This document shows, in pieces, positions 40,350-54,260 of a stretch of DNA of 64,000 bases. The stretch comes from Octopus vulgaris. Lineage: Eukaryota. The stretch is from positions 65,348,001-65,412,000 of the forward strand of contig OX597828.1 in NCBI GenBank assembly GCA_951406725.2, read 5' to 3'. The position numbers and the translations under genes are program-made. The notes below the pieces were generated by a model. That model did not search any database and was not told the DNA's origin. It saw only the letters and a list, made by a program, of their open reading frames with translations. How positions within the stretch are numbered: the stretch's first letter is position 1; every line of letters begins with the position of its first letter.

Positions 40350-41089
40350 GGATGAATGAATTATCCTTTGTTTACTGTCTGTCTGGCTCTCTGTCTGTCT
40401 GTCTATCTATCAATCAGCGTATACACACATATTCGCATCATATGTGTGTCAAATTTCTACAAGGGAAGCATGTAAAAGGGCTCAGTTAATCCTAAAATTA
40501 AGAAAAGTCATCAGATATATATATGCAGTCATCAAAATTGTTATAATATCTTGTTGAGATAAGTTCTCTTTCTTTCCTGATGAGAAGATGAGAAGATTGC
40601 ATTTTACACCTTTTATTCCTTTGGAATATAACCAATGTTGTCTTCGAAACATAAGTCGAAAGTAAAAGAATGTAAATAGCATCTGCGTTCAACTCCATTT
40701 ATTTACTTATACTACACAAATGACTGCACATTAACCCGGAGTTTCTACCTTTGAATATGTCGCTCATCCTTGTTACTTGCGTGAATTTTGATACCTTGGT
40801 AACTGTTTATTGAATTTTCCATAAATTGTGTGTGTGTATGTATGTATGTATGTATGTATGTATGTATGTATGCATGTGTGTGTGTACATATGCATATATG
40901 TGTATATAAGTATATGTATGCTTGTGTATGCATGCGTACGGGTTTAAATACACAAGTACGCAGGCCTATATAATAATGCATACACACACACACATATCGT
41001 ACATGTGTGCATGCGTATACCAATATACACTTCTTTCTTTCTTTCTCTCTGATTTCTCTACCCACACTATCGCATTAGTCAGTAGAATA

Positions 41090-41930
41090 AACACATAAGT
41101 CTATTTATAGAAATTTGACCATTCTTAGTATTCTTCCCTTCCGTTTTGTTGGTTACTACTCACTTTAGAAAACCCTGCCTCCTATACCACTTTCTGTACC
41201 CACCCCTTAATGCCATTCTAACATATCACCCCACCTCACACATATTCATTACTTACATTTTTATCTACTCTTTTCCCATCCCCCTCCTAATATCTTGAAC
41301 TCCAAATAACACTCCTTTTATTTGTTTCGCTTCCTTACACTTTTTCATTTTCGCTTTTTGTTTCCATTTTTTCTTCCTCTTTCTTTCCTTCTTTTCTCCC
41401 CTTTTCCTTTTACCTCTCTCTTCATTTTAACATATACATCTCTTCTCTCCTCTCTATCCACTTAATACTATCACTACATTCTCAAGCTTTCATTCACACC
41501 ACAAAACCCCTTTGAATGAACAGTACATACATGGAATCTACGTCTCCACACTTTCCATTTGTGATGATAAAATATGAACTCCTATTGGAATTTACATACC
41601 AGGGACAGGAAGCATTTATACCACTCCTACACACCACTTTCGCTGAATGGTGGAACTGTAACTGTAACAACTTTATACATTTTTATTTTTATTTCTACAT
41701 TGATTTTTATTTCTATATTCATTTTCCTATTTCCCTATATACTCCTTATTTGCTTCCTTTTAAAAATAACTCCTATATTGAAGTCGAATATTTCCCTCTA
41801 TTTCACTATCTCACATCGTCTCTGATGAAGGGATATGCCTAATATCGCAGAAACAGCTGTAAGACTAACTTTCTCTCTGTAAATGTCCTGAAAACTCCAC
41901 ACAGCCTTGCCTTTGTTGATTCATTATATT
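41090..41930 (+). mobile_element. PLE-type 3' region (homologous to 59820-60640)
   Basis: Shared blocks GAATCTACG..CTCCA, CTATTGGAA..TACATACCA..ACAGGAA; terminal hammerhead; AAATGTCCTGAAAACTCC..ACAGCCTTG. Confidence 0.7.
41818..41865 (+). ncRNA. Type I hammerhead ribozyme motif, canonical core
   Basis: GTCT-CTGATGA-A-GGGATAT(GCCTA)ATATCGC-A-GAAA-CAGCTGT-A-AGAC; palindromic stem III; GUA triplet. Confidence 0.8.
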
Positions 41931-41986
41931 TAATTATATATATAAGTGTGTGTGTGTGTGTGCGTGTGTGTGTATACACACACACG

Positions 41987-42033
<47 letters not shown>

Positions 42034-42139
42034 CGGGCCTTGTGCCTACAGTAGAAAAACATATACATATATATATGCATGTGTCTGTGTGTCTGTGTGT
42101 GTAGAAGGTTGAAAAGGAACACACGAGTTGATATACATG

Positions 42140-42878
42140 GAAAAAAGTTAAGGTAGAAAATGCTAAAATAATTTTATAAAGAACGTTTCAGCACCGGTTT
42201 CAGTCATTGAGGCTTTTTCGACTGTAAGTATGGAAAACAATTTGGAAAAATTAAAAGAAAGATTTTTCAAAAGAATATTTGCATAGTTTTTAAATACAAG
42301 TGGCATTTTCCTTGTTTCTGCCTGTTTCTGTCTCTCTTGTTTATTCTTGTGGGTTCGAGGTCATTGTGAATTCTTGGTAGGGAGGAAGCCTTGCGGTAGG
42401 AACATAGACAATGAAAGCCATGCGAAGAAATACAAGAGACACTACATGGATGGTAGTCGAACCAAAAAAGAAAGGTCAGGCTTGGCCGCACACCGGTCAC
42501 GTAGAAAGAGGGGAGAGAGATACAGGGATTGAAGAATTAGGAAGGGACAAAAAGAGATAAAAAAGGAAGGGGACAGAGTGAGGTAAAGGAGGAGGGAAAG
42601 TGATGAGTATGTGTGGGGATGTGATGGTGGGGTGTGGGTTTAGGGTTAGGATGTGGGGGTAGGGGTGGCGCAAAGGAGCGAAGTGAGAAGATTAATTTCT
42701 GTTCACGGCGAAGGCAGGAGTCCGAATGGCCCCTGTGCAAAGAGAATCCGAACACAGACAGGTGTTGTAATGAATGACCGGTAGAGGGGAAATGGCACGA
42801 GACCTGGGTATCATTGCCGAGTCTAATGTCTCGGAGCTGCTCCGTGAACCGGTCAGCCAGGTGGCGTCCCGTTTGACT
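42140..42878 (-). mobile_element. Penelope-like GIY-YIG fragment plus terminal region
   Basis: QTGRHLADRFTE..VFGFSLHRGHSDSCLRREQKLIFSLRSFAP; degenerate hammerhead-like motif at 42187-42226. Confidence 0.8.
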
Positions 42879-43177
42879 AAGAGAGGGTGGGAGCGAGAAA
42901 AAAACGTGGAAGGAACGACGAAAGTGTGAAAGGGGCTAAAGAAAAGGTTAAGAGTCGTACAGAATTTAGATATATATGTACTTACATACAGGAGACCAAA
43001 ACTGTACGTACAACGCTATATGTATATATAAAAAATCAAAACAAAAAACGAAACAAGAACGTAACAGGCGACAACAAAACATTCGGACAGTTAGATTATA
43101 TATATGAGTCTGTATGTGTGTACGTGTTTGTACTTACGTAAACAATGTGTGTATATGCCTAAGTATATAGAAATAGT

Positions 43178-43219
<42 letters not shown>

Positions 43220-43284
43220 CACATATATATAAATGTATGTATACATGCATATATGTGTTATATATATATATGTATACATATAGT

Positions 43285-44180
43285 TGAAATTTACAGAAAA
43301 ACAGAAGACAGGTGTATAAACAATAAGCAAGGGAAGGTGAGAAAGTCTTTTACGTTTTGAGCCTACGCTCTTCAACAGAAAGGAACACGAGGAAATAAAC
43401 AGAGAGAGAATAAAAAAAACTTGTGGAGTTAGTGGTCAATCATGGTGACTGGTTGGACAAAGGTAATTAGACAGGAGAGCTAGGAAGAAGGGGAGAATAT
43501 AAAGTACTGATGATCGTAAAACGAAGGTGTGCGTGCGTGTGTGTATGTGAGAGTATGTGCGTGTGAATATGGACTCGTAACTTTGACGTGTAGATGTGCG
43601 CGTGTGCAAGTGAGTGCGTCTGTAATGTGTGGGTGGTGGAAAGAGGTCAGTGCTAGTTTGTGCGGTGTGGTGTGATGTTTTGTGGGAATGTGAGGGTAGG
43701 GTGTGGGTTTGGGATGAGGATGTGGGGTGGATGAAGATGTGGGTATAGGGGTAGGGGATGTGGGAGTGGGATGTGTAGGGTGGGTGTTGATGGAGGGTAT
43801 CAATGAAGGTAGAAGGCGGGTAGGAGTGAGGAGAGGAAGTGTCAGAGCAGAGAGGAGAGGTGGATAGGAGGGAAGAGAGGAAGTAGGTATTAGATAAAGA
43901 GAGGAGGGAGGGGAGTCAGATCTAGAAGGGAGGGGAGCTGAGTCCATATGGTGCAAAGGAGCGAAGAGAGAAGATTAATTTCTGTTCACGGCGAAGGCAG
44001 GAGTCTGGATGGCCCCTGTGCAAAGAGAATCCGAACACAGAATAGGTGTTGTAATGAATGACCGGTAGAAGGGAAACGACGCGAGACCGGGGTGTCATTG
44101 CCGAGTCTAATGTTTCAGATATGCTCCGCGAACCGGTCAGTCAAGCGGCATCCCGTTTGACCGATGTACAGAGAAGGACA
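43285..44180 (-). mobile_element. Penelope-like element 3' fragment
   Basis: LYIGQTGCRLTDRFAEHI..REQKLIFSLRSFAPYGL; same family as 22541-23325; terminal module at 43347-43382. Confidence 0.9.
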
Positions 44181-44845
44181 AAAAAAAGGAGGATATGCAG
44201 TGATGCAACCCTTTATTTCTCTTTCAATAATGGCAATGTAAATTGTCGAAGTTAAAAATTACTTCTTAAATGACAGATAAGGAGAATAAAGAGCCAGAAT
44301 AACTCGATTGAAAATGCTTGACTGTTAGTAATATATACAGAATAACCTCTGGGTGTTCAATTACGATAAAGTCACAAATCTTGATTTCAGAGTATGTCTA
44401 TTCAAATACTTTATTTTGATGGATACATACTGTGTCTATATGTAGTATAGTGAGCTTACACATACATGCAGACACAATATATGTATGTACATAGTTGTAT
44501 GTATGTAAATACATATATATGCGTAAATATATATGTATATATATATATATATATCTTTACAAATAAAGACATATATATATATGTATGTACACATAGGTAA
44601 ATATATGCGTATGTATACGTATAAATACAAAACCATATTGTATATATAATCATATATATATTTATATATATATAGGTATATCTAATACAGATATATATGC
44701 TTGTGTGAGTTGTGTGTGTATGTGTGTGTGTTTGTGTGTGTGTGTGTCTGTCTGTCTGTGCAAGCATACATGTGTGAAGGTATTCGAAAAAGATATATAT
44801 ATATGTTTGTAAGTATGTCTAAGTATGTATAATATTTGTACATAT

Positions 44846-44893
<48 letters not shown>

Positions 44894-44912
44894 ATGTGTG
44901 TATGTATGTATG

Positions 44913-44967
<55 letters not shown>

Positions 44968-45537
44968 GTACATTTTATTTGTTTCTAAGCAACAACCACC
45001 ATTCTAAAGTCCTCTGAAAAAGAAATTCCTTCTTTGTTCATATAATCAATAACTATGCCTGAGGAACGCGTAACAATTGTGTTTACCTGACAAAATATCA
45101 CCAAAGTCTGTGGGAGGATTTAATCCAAGCAAGCTTAGAATATATTCGTATAACAATTGGAAATCTCGTTATTAATGAAAACCTATTTATTTTCCTTATC
45201 TTTTGAAACTTCGTTCTATAAATATTATACTGTTTCATGTTGTTGTGAAGTGCAAAGTTTCTTCTCGTATATGGTACCTCACTTAACATTTGAGTTCAAA
45301 TTCGGATCAGTCAACCTTCAATTTTTTGTGGGCGGGGGACTGGATAAATTAAAACACAAGTTAAATACTGGGGTCGATGTAATATTCGCTCTTGTGAATG
45401 TGACGGCTTGTGTGTAAGTTAGAAATCAATACTATATTTAGGCTTTGTCAGAAATTAATATTATCATTGAAGAGAAAGTTTGCTATCCGTTGCTTCCTTG
45501 CCATATCTTGAAGATATATAACGAGAGAAATTATACC

Positions 45538-45765
45538 TATTTCTTTACTACCCACAAGGGGCTAAACACAGAGGGGACAAACAAGGACAGACAAACGGAT
45601 TAAGTCGATTACATCGACCCCAGTGCGTAACTGGTACTTAATTTATCGACCCCGAAAGGATGAAAGGCAAAGTCGACCTCGGCGGAATTTGAACTCAGAA
45701 CGTAACGGCAGACGAAATACGACTACGCATTTCGCCCGGCTTGCTAATGTTTCTGCCAGCTCGCC
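45538..45765 (-). mobile_element. SINE family A with 13-bp TSD
   Basis: TSD GAGAAATTATACC at 45525-45537 and 45766-45778. Confidence 0.95.
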
Positions 45766-46919
45766 GAGAAATTATACCAATTGTGTTTCATTCAATACAA
45801 AACATACAGTTAGGACTCCGACAAGCTAGTTGAGCAGATTCTGCAGTAAACGAGACTGGATCTTCCTGGCAGGCGACAGCAGGGAAATCTTTCTTTAGTT
45901 TCCACGTAGCCCACGATCACCTGCTCCGAATATTGGCTTCAAGGCGAGGTAGTGGGTTATGATATCCAGAGGGAAAAGAAACTTGTCCAATGCTTCGAGA
46001 ATTCTTGTATAAACCGTATAACACATCCAATATTTGGCAATACGCCAAACATATTGGTTCATTCCATCACATCCTGAAATTATTAATTAACTCCACCGAT
46101 GCAAAACAATTATGGAAATTACAATGCCAATCGTTATGACAGAAATATCCTGGAGAAAGTAATTCCTTTAAAAAATGTAAATGGTATGTTCTTAAAGATT
46201 CTCACTGATCTTTACGGTTTCAAGCTTCCATGCATCTCTTTAATGCAGAGTAATTCTGAAACAAATTTTCAGTTTGGCATTAAAAGCTACTTTCAGTTTC
46301 ATTTTATTGATGGCTTTTATTCAGAGACTAATGTGGAATTTTACTGAATTCTTTTTTTTTATTATCTGGATGAGACTTAAAACAAAAGATTTCCAAATGT
46401 TTACTTTTTCCATTATGTTTTCGATATCGTATTCCTACAAAACACTTTTGATTATTCTTACAGGAAGAATATTATAACTTTTCCAAGCGATTCCCTTTAA
46501 AACTGTAATTATATTTCTTATAAGATCCGTTTTTAATATCTCTCACTAAAATATTTTAAAATTCAGATTTTGGATCATGCGATATTATTGCACTCGGTAT
46601 AATGAATTTTCGATCTCTCAAGCTGTTGATATTCTTTTTCGGCGTTTTGAAATTGGCCTTCTTATATTTAGCTTTCTTCCGTTCAATTTGTGACTCAAAC
46701 TCGTCTTTTACCAAAGCTTTGACTGCCTTGACTCAACACAAGCCTCGGAAGTGGATTTGGTTAAAAGGAAACTATGTGGAATCTCGTAGAATGGAATGTG
46801 TTATACAGATTCTGTTTGAGTATTACATTAAAAGTCTACGTGCCCGGGGGATACTCATTCACTTACATGAAATTCTCTTTCAACACTTTCTTTTTTATTA
46901 TTTTATGATTTTATTTATC

Positions 46920-47137
46920 TTTTGTCTTTTATTTGTTTCAGTAATTTGACTGAGGTCATGCTGGAGCACCCCTTGACGGGTGTAGTTAAACAATTCCAGC
47001 CAGTGTTTTAAAGCGTGATACTCATTCTATCAGTGTCTTTTGCCGAACCGCTATGTCCCGGGGACATAAACAAACGAATACTGTCTGTCAAGCGATGGTG
47101 GGGAACAAACTCAAACACAAAAACATACACACAGACA

Positions 47138-47215
<78 letters not shown>

Positions 47216-47321
47216 CACACACACACACACATTCAGGAAACAGGAAAACGAGTTCAAAGAACATGTAACAGCGTATTTTAGATTGAGACTCAAGTAAGAT
47301 GGAAGAAGTCTCATATGTATG

Positions 47322-47355
<34 letters not shown>

Positions 47356-47595
47356 TGTATGTATGTATGTATGTATGTATGTGAGTGTGTGTGCGCGTGT
47401 GTGTTTCTGAGTGTGTGTGTGTATGAATGATTGTATGTATATAGCGGGTTTCCTTCAGTTTCCATCTACCGCATCCGATGACAAGGCCTGGGGCTATAGA
47501 AGACGACACATGCCCAATATGCCACGCAGTGAGACTGAACCCAGTACCACGTGGCTGAGAAACAAATTTCTTACCACCCAGACATCCGTGCTCCT
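46920..47595 (-). mobile_element. SINE family B, diverged, with expanded internal microsatellite
   Basis: Tail at 46925-47130 and head at 47445-47595. Confidence 0.75.
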
Positions 47596-48118
47596 GTTAG
47601 TAACTTTTTTAATGATTTTAGCGAACATATTTGTAATTATTGCTTGTTTATTAATCTCGTCCCTCGACACTATTCGGATTGTTTTGGTTGTTTTTTTGTT
47701 TTTGTTTTTTTGTCAATATTCTATAGATTCTTCGGTGCCAGAAACCAGTTCCGAAGGTCAATCTGTCTGATGAAACCTAATTATTATAAACGCTCGGATT
47801 TGTCCCTTGCTTGCTCGAGAATGTTCTCAGCTAATCTGAAATACATTTTTTTTCGTCTTCACATGTAACTCTATCGTGAAACTTGCTATGATTAAAGCCA
47901 CTATGAATAATCAAACCAACTTTTTAATTACATTTCTATAAATACATAGACAGACAGTGATAAGAAGTTAATGGAAAGAGGGAGAACGCGGATAAATCTT
48001 ACTAACGATTCTTGTATTTCTCTAATTTCTGTCTCAATCATTATGGCTCTATATTTAACTATTTCTCTCTCTCTACCCCCATATAATGTACATGTATGTA
48101 TGTATGTATGTATCTATT

Positions 48119-48178
48119 AATATATATATATATATACATATATATATTTATATATATATATATACATATATATATTTA

Positions 48179-48209
<31 letters not shown>

Positions 48210-48433
48210 TTATATATATATACATATATATATTTATATATATATACATATATATATTTATATATATATATACATATATATATATTTATATATATATATA
48301 CATATATATATTTATATATATATATACATATATATATTTATATATATATATATATACATATATATATTTATATATATACATATATACACACACATATATC
48401 ATATATACATATACATACATATATATATATATT

Positions 48434-48483
<50 letters not shown>
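48119..48483. repeat. TA-rich minisatellite followed by (AAT)n
   Basis: Periodic (TA)n-CA-(TA)n-TT units, then about 14 AAT units. Confidence 0.9.
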
Positions 48484-48484
<1 letters not shown>

Positions 48485-49636
48485 CTTGACTCACGAGTTT
48501 AACTCGTTCCGTGACGGAGCTCGTAACTCAAACTACTCGTATGTCAAATCAATTTTTCCCATTGAAAGGAATTGAAATGCCATTAATCCGTTCCGAACCC
48601 CACAAAAAACACCGCAATGTTTTGGGGTTTTTTCTGTTACGCATTTTTAAATCAGAAAAATGTACTCACAAATAACGAATATTGTATAACAAAACATTAC
48701 AATAGAATGTACTGCAATAAACTGGCTTTATGAGGTATAACGTACAGCATTTACCTTGAAGATGAAGCGACTTGAGAATGGTGACAGAGGTGGAGGAGAA
48801 AGGCTGAACTGAATGATTGAATCTTATTCGCTGATTTTTACCCTTTTCGCCACGCTTTCCTCACTTTCATCTGCAGGTGTTTTCGATAAAAACCTGTCCA
48901 ATGAGGTTGTTTGATCCTCCCTTTCAGAATGTTTCTGAAATGTGTTAGGCAAGTGTCGGTGAATAGCGCCACGCACACACAGTTGCAACTTTTTCTGGGT
49001 GTTTCTTTTGAATAAAGTCTGAAAGTTTCTCCCACGTTTCCAACATTTCCTTTATTGCACTTGTAGAGATAACCACCTCCGCGTCCCCTATTTCCTTCAA
49101 AACTTCCCTGTGTTGCTGCGTCTGTAACTCCTTAAGCTCCTCCCTTATCAGTTCCTCGGAGTGCTCCTGGATGAACTCGTTGATGCCACTTTCATCCATA
49201 TCGAGGCCCATGGACTTGCCAAAGGATACAATCCCCTCCACTACTGCCGCTTCGGGTTCGAGTTTTTCAAAATCCGTTTCAGACACAACCTCAGGCCACA
49301 GCTTCTTTCAAGCAGAGGTTAAGGTTCCCTTTGTACCACCCTGCCAATCCATAGCGATAATTCTGATGCATGTCACGATGTTACAGTGGTCATTCCAGAA
49401 CTCTCGACTGGTGAGGTTTGTGCCCTCTGTCACCTCAAAGCAGCGATGCAAAAAGTACTTGGTGAAGAGCTTCTTGAAAGTAGAAACCACCTGCTGGCCC
49501 ATGGACTTCAAAATAGGGGTGGTGTTGAGTGGAAGGTAGAGAACCTTCGAAGATGTTATCTTCTAGATTAGGTTGGTGAGCAGGTACATTGTCCAGGACG
49601 AATAGGGCTTTCAGGGGTAAGTTATTTTCGATGGGC
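48478..49636 (-). mobile_element. Tigger/pogo DNA transposon, 3' half
   Basis: KALFVLDNVPAH, NTTPILKSMGQQVVSTFK, KKLWPE and HSEEL..EEL motifs (DDE_1 type); terminal-like TAATACCTTGACTCACGAG. Confidence 0.9.
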
Positions 49637-49639
49637 CCG

Positions 49640-50215
49640 TGTGGTAGAGGACCAAAGTGACAACATACGCTCATAGACAACTACCAGAAATTCCTGGTTT
49701 GGCAGTGCTGCCGATGGGCACTACCTCTACAGAATAAACTTTACAGGCACAAAAGTGCCGTTAGTCGGACCTGCCCGAGACCGTTCTGCACGCACTCGTC
49801 CAGTGTCCGAAGATATCTGACCTTTGAGTTTATATCGAACACCTACTGTTGCATCTGGAAGGAGCACAACTGTCGACTGAGTCTATCATAAAGATTGCCC
49901 TTTTAACCGGGAAAGGCAGGCAGTTTTTCTCTATCTAGTGGCTATTGCAAAAGAGGTTGTGTGACTCACGAGTGAAGGGTTTGAGGACGGGCACCTTTCT
50001 CTCCGGAAGTGGTTTAATTAAGTATTCCAGGTTCCACTTAATAAGAAAACTGAAGCTGGAGAGGGAGATGCTGCCCTCGTGCAAATTTGAGGAAAGATGG
50101 GAAAATTGTACGAATGGTGCGAATGAATGGGTCTAACTTGAGCATAAACTTCTAGGCTTTTGCCCTAGCGAACAGGTTGACTTGTGGCCTGTGGGGTTTC
50201 CACGACCAACCCAGA
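49640..50215 (+). mobile_element. L1/Tx1-type LINE ORF2 C-terminal (zf-RVT) fragment
   Basis: FLVWQCCRWALP..RTCPR/ETVLHALVQCP (C-x2-C..H..C zinc knuckle, partly deleted). Confidence 0.75.
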
Positions 50216-50847
50216 ATACCCTCACTCCTTTTCGGTATTACTTTTGTTTAATATATTTACACCTGCAATTTTTAGCCTTTTTACCATTGTTAAAACTGTA
50301 TACATGCATGTATGTATGACCCCACCCGTATGTTATGCATCGTCCCTCAATGTCAAGCCCTAATGGTTTATAAAAGAAAAGAATTTCTTGCCGAACAACC
50401 ACACAGATGATTTGTTCCTAGTGATCAAATGTTTGTGTACACATAAGCTCATTCCCTCCATCAAATTGACATTTACCTTTACAGGTGCTTTATGTACCAC
50501 ATGTCAGATGCGGAAATTATGTGCTTTGCTCAAGAACACAGCGCAACGCTCGGTCTGGGAATCGAACCCACGATCTCGCAATCGTGAGTGCAACACCCTA
50601 ACCGCTAAGCCATGCGCCTTCAACACACACACATACATACATATATATAGGAACAAATCATCTGTGTGGTTGTTCGGCAAGAAATTCTTTTCTTTTATAA
50701 ACCATTAGGGCTTGACATAGAGGGACGATGCATGCCATACGGGTGGGGTCATACATACATGCATGTATACAGTTTTAACAATGGTAAAAAGGCTAAAAAT
50801 TGCAGGTGTAAATATATAAAACAAAAGTAATACCGAAAAGGAGTGAG

Positions 50848-50852
<5 letters not shown>
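50216..50852. repeat. Long inverted repeat, ~205-bp arms, 227-bp spacer
   Basis: 50216-50420 is the near-perfect reverse complement of 50648-50852; the spacer holds a SINE head; the right arm is flanked by TA runs. Confidence 0.95.
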
Positions 50853-50898
<46 letters not shown>

Positions 50899-50908
50899 TT
50901 ATTTATTT

Positions 50909-51039
50909 ATTTATTTTATAGAAGGAGCTTCTACAGGACTAGAACTGTTTCATTCAAAAGAAATCATCAGGAAGCTCCTGATGATTTCTTTTGAATGAAA
51001 CAGTTCTAGTCCTGTAGAAGCTCCTTCTATAAAATAAAT
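50909..51039. repeat. Perfect palindrome, 64-bp arms, 3-nt loop
   Basis: 50909-50972 versus 50976-51039; the unit sits between (TA)n tracts. Confidence 0.95.
50924..50978 (-). ncRNA. Type I hammerhead ribozyme motif inside the palindrome
   Basis: Reverse complement: GGAGCTTC-CTGATGA-T-TTC(TTTT)GAA-T-GAAA-CAG(TTCTAGTC)CTG-TA-GAAGCTCC; 8-bp stem I; GUA triplet. A mirror copy lies on + at ~50972-51024. Confidence 0.8.
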
Positions 51040-51104
51040 TAATTTACTCTGCTATGTATTGAGTACCTTATTTACTGTGGTTAACCCCGACTCAACCCGG
51101 GACC

Positions 51105-51148
<44 letters not shown>

Positions 51149-51331
51149 TATTTTCCTTCATCTTTATGTGTATCCACTTTCTTGCAATGATATCTCTTAT
51201 GTAGAACTGCATAACTTCTAATGCATTTATATCTCACCATCCCCTAACAGCGACTGTCTCTATCTCTGTTATTCAATCATTCATTGAATCTTGTGTTGTT
51301 CTTGCTTTCTCTCTCCCTCTGTGTGTTTGTT

Positions 51332-51369
<38 letters not shown>

Positions 51370-51714
51370 TCTCCCACGTGCATTATTCATCTTATTAAAA
51401 CTTTTGCTATCTGTTCTCTGTTTTGCAAATCGATCTTCCATAATGGTCTATGGTGACTAATTTGAAAATTGTAACGCTTTAAATATTCAATTATACCACA
51501 ATTCATACAGCTTCAGAGACATTTAGATTCTATTACAGCTTTCGCTTTCACATTGATTGTAAATTTACAACATCACATTCAAGACATGCAATGAGCTCAT
51601 TGGAATTTAGTTTCGTTGGTTCGAGATATTGTGTCGCTGAGGATCAAGTTGCAGTGACAAGTTTTAATTAGTGTTGAAAATTAAATCCATTAATAGTATT
51701 TATATTATTTCTTC

Positions 51715-52275
51715 GAGCTGGCAGAAACGTTAGCACGCCGGGCGAAATGCTTTGCGGTATTTCGTCTGCCGTTATGTTTTGAGTTCAAATTCCGCCGAGG
51801 TCGACTTTGCCTTTCATCCTTTCGGGATCGATTAAATAAGTACCAGTTGCGCACTGGGGTCGATATAATCGACTTAATCTGTTTGTCTGTCCTTGTTTGT
51901 CCTCTCTGTGTTTAGCCCCTTGTGGGTAGTAAAGAAATAGGTATTTCATCTGCCGTTACGTTCTGAGTTCAAATTCCGCCGAGGTCGACTTTGCCCTTCA
52001 TCCTTTCGGGATCGATAAATTAAGTACCAGTTACGCACTGGTGTCGATATAATCGACTTAATCCGTTTGTCTGTCCTTGTTTGTCCTATCTATGTTTAGC
52101 CCCTTGTGGGTAGTAAAGAAATAGGTATTTCGTCTGTCTTTACTTTCTGAGTTCAAATTCCGCCGAGGTCGACTTTGCCTTTCATCCTTTCGGGGTCGAT
52201 AAATAAGGTACTAGTTGCATATTGGGGTCGATCTAATCGACTGGCCCCCTCCCCCCAAATTTCGGTCCTTGTACT
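51715..52275 (+). mobile_element. SINE family A tandem array (3 units)
   Basis: Units of about 178 bp joined at AAAGAAATAG/GTATTTC. Confidence 0.9.
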
Positions 52276-52622
52276 GTAGGCACGTGTCCCCTCGAGAATA
52301 TTTCTCTTCTGGTCGTGATTGTTTGTACAATTACCTCAATTGAAAGATATGGACAAACTCTCTTTCGTCATGTTACTTTTAATGTACCTATTACTGTCGT
52401 TACGTTACTCACGTCTGCTCGTTACAAAATCTGCGGCTGAATAATCTGTCAAAGCCTCAGATAAGTATTATATGTCATACTCAGTTTTGTCTTTCTGCGC
52501 CGAAATTTTCCAACCATGATTTTCCTAATCAGTGACACGTCTTTCTAACATTGAGCATTTGTGGCATTCTTTATAGACATATATATTTTCATACTGCTAC
52601 ACACTAATATTTATCACGCACG

Positions 52623-52674
<52 letters not shown>

Positions 52675-54116
52675 AACACGAACACACACAAACACAAACA
52701 CACACACAAACACACTCATACACACGAATTTTATTTTCATACTTAGACAGAGGGTCTAACATGCAAATGAGAACAGTAATCTAATTTTTGATACAAGTAA
52801 GTTGCTGTCGTTCTATGAAAACCGAAACTTAGATTAAAGTATATTTCTTGTTTTGATTTTATATAAATCTTCTAAATAAAAGTTGTACATTCTGCTTAGG
52901 AGAAGATGTACATAGTTTTCACAGATCACCTTTAAACTGCGTCAATGAATCATTTCGCCGGAGAAAAGTATTTCACTTGGTAGGTTCGTCCTTGCTACTA
53001 TAAAAAAACACTGAAGACGGGAAAGCGAAATATAGTTTCAAAAACATCAGCGACAACAAAGGAAATAGGTCGTAAAGTTAACTATACGAAAACAAATCTT
53101 ATGAAGAAATTCATTTTTAATGAACGCTCCACAAATAAAATCAGATTATTATTTCTTCTTCTCAACTTCTCATCAATCTTTTTTCTTTATCTTTCACGTC
53201 ATCTTCTTTATCTTCTTCTTTGATTTCTTTTTATAACTTCATGTTTTTATTTACTTTTATTACTACTTTTCTTCTTATACTTACTGTTTCTGTCGTTTCT
53301 TTTCTGTGTGTTCAATATATTTAGAAAATGAAATGATATTGAAATAGCGATTCTTTATTTATTAAAAAGTTATTCAAAAACTTTACAATAATGCTAAAAC
53401 ATTCTTCATGCTATAAATTAATCGCCATTACATTTCTGTTGTTGGTTATATGGTAATAAAATATCTGATCGATGTCTAAAAATAGTCAAGTAAGTGAGAA
53501 AGGATAGTGGTCATTTTCGTATTTCCATGTAATAATTAACGTCTTTTGTTTTCGAAACTGTACAAAAAAATAACCCCAAGAATGACAATAGTTACAGATA
53601 GACTTCTTTGGAAGATGTCCAAGATTTTGGTGGGTTTTTATGAAATAAAACTACGCTTTTGAGTTATTCTTGTTATAAGGATTTTTGTTGTAAGACTGTT
53701 TTTCATTCAGGAAAAAAATAAACTGTATTACCAAAGACATAAAGAGTAACTTCTTGGATGGAATACCTCATACATTTCAGATGTCGGTGGAAAGAAACGA
53801 CTATTGATTTTCGATATTATTATTTTAATCTATGTTTATTTATTTTATTCTCCTTTTATTATATTTTAGTAAAGCTCCGTTTTGAAGTATAGAATTGCTA
53901 TATTCAATCTTAGGTAATTCGTATTATTTTTTGTATTGATTCCTTCAAGAGCTAAGCTAGCCATGCATGAAGTTCACCCTAGAACGTTGGTTAAAAATCC
54001 ATATTCACAATATATTAATTGATTTGTTTTTGGTTTAATCTTAACAATGTTATTATCAGTAATGACAAGACAACTTCTTATCTGTTACTTTTTCACATAT
54101 TGTTTATCCTATTTCT

Positions 54117-54260
<144 letters not shown>

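Noticed and set aside
45790-46100. GC-richer unique segment as a possible exon or bidirectional promoter between the two pseudogenes
   Set aside because: No recognisable motif or convincing splice pair; cannot be supported from sequence alone.
48945-49680. Domesticated TIGD-like gene
   Set aside because: Stops, frameshifts, a missing N-terminus and a retained terminal sequence indicate a dead Tigger/pogo copy.
51715-52275. Regularly spaced repeats resembling a CRISPR array
   Set aside because: Whole ~178-bp units repeat with no unique spacers; they are SINE multimers in eukaryotic DNA.
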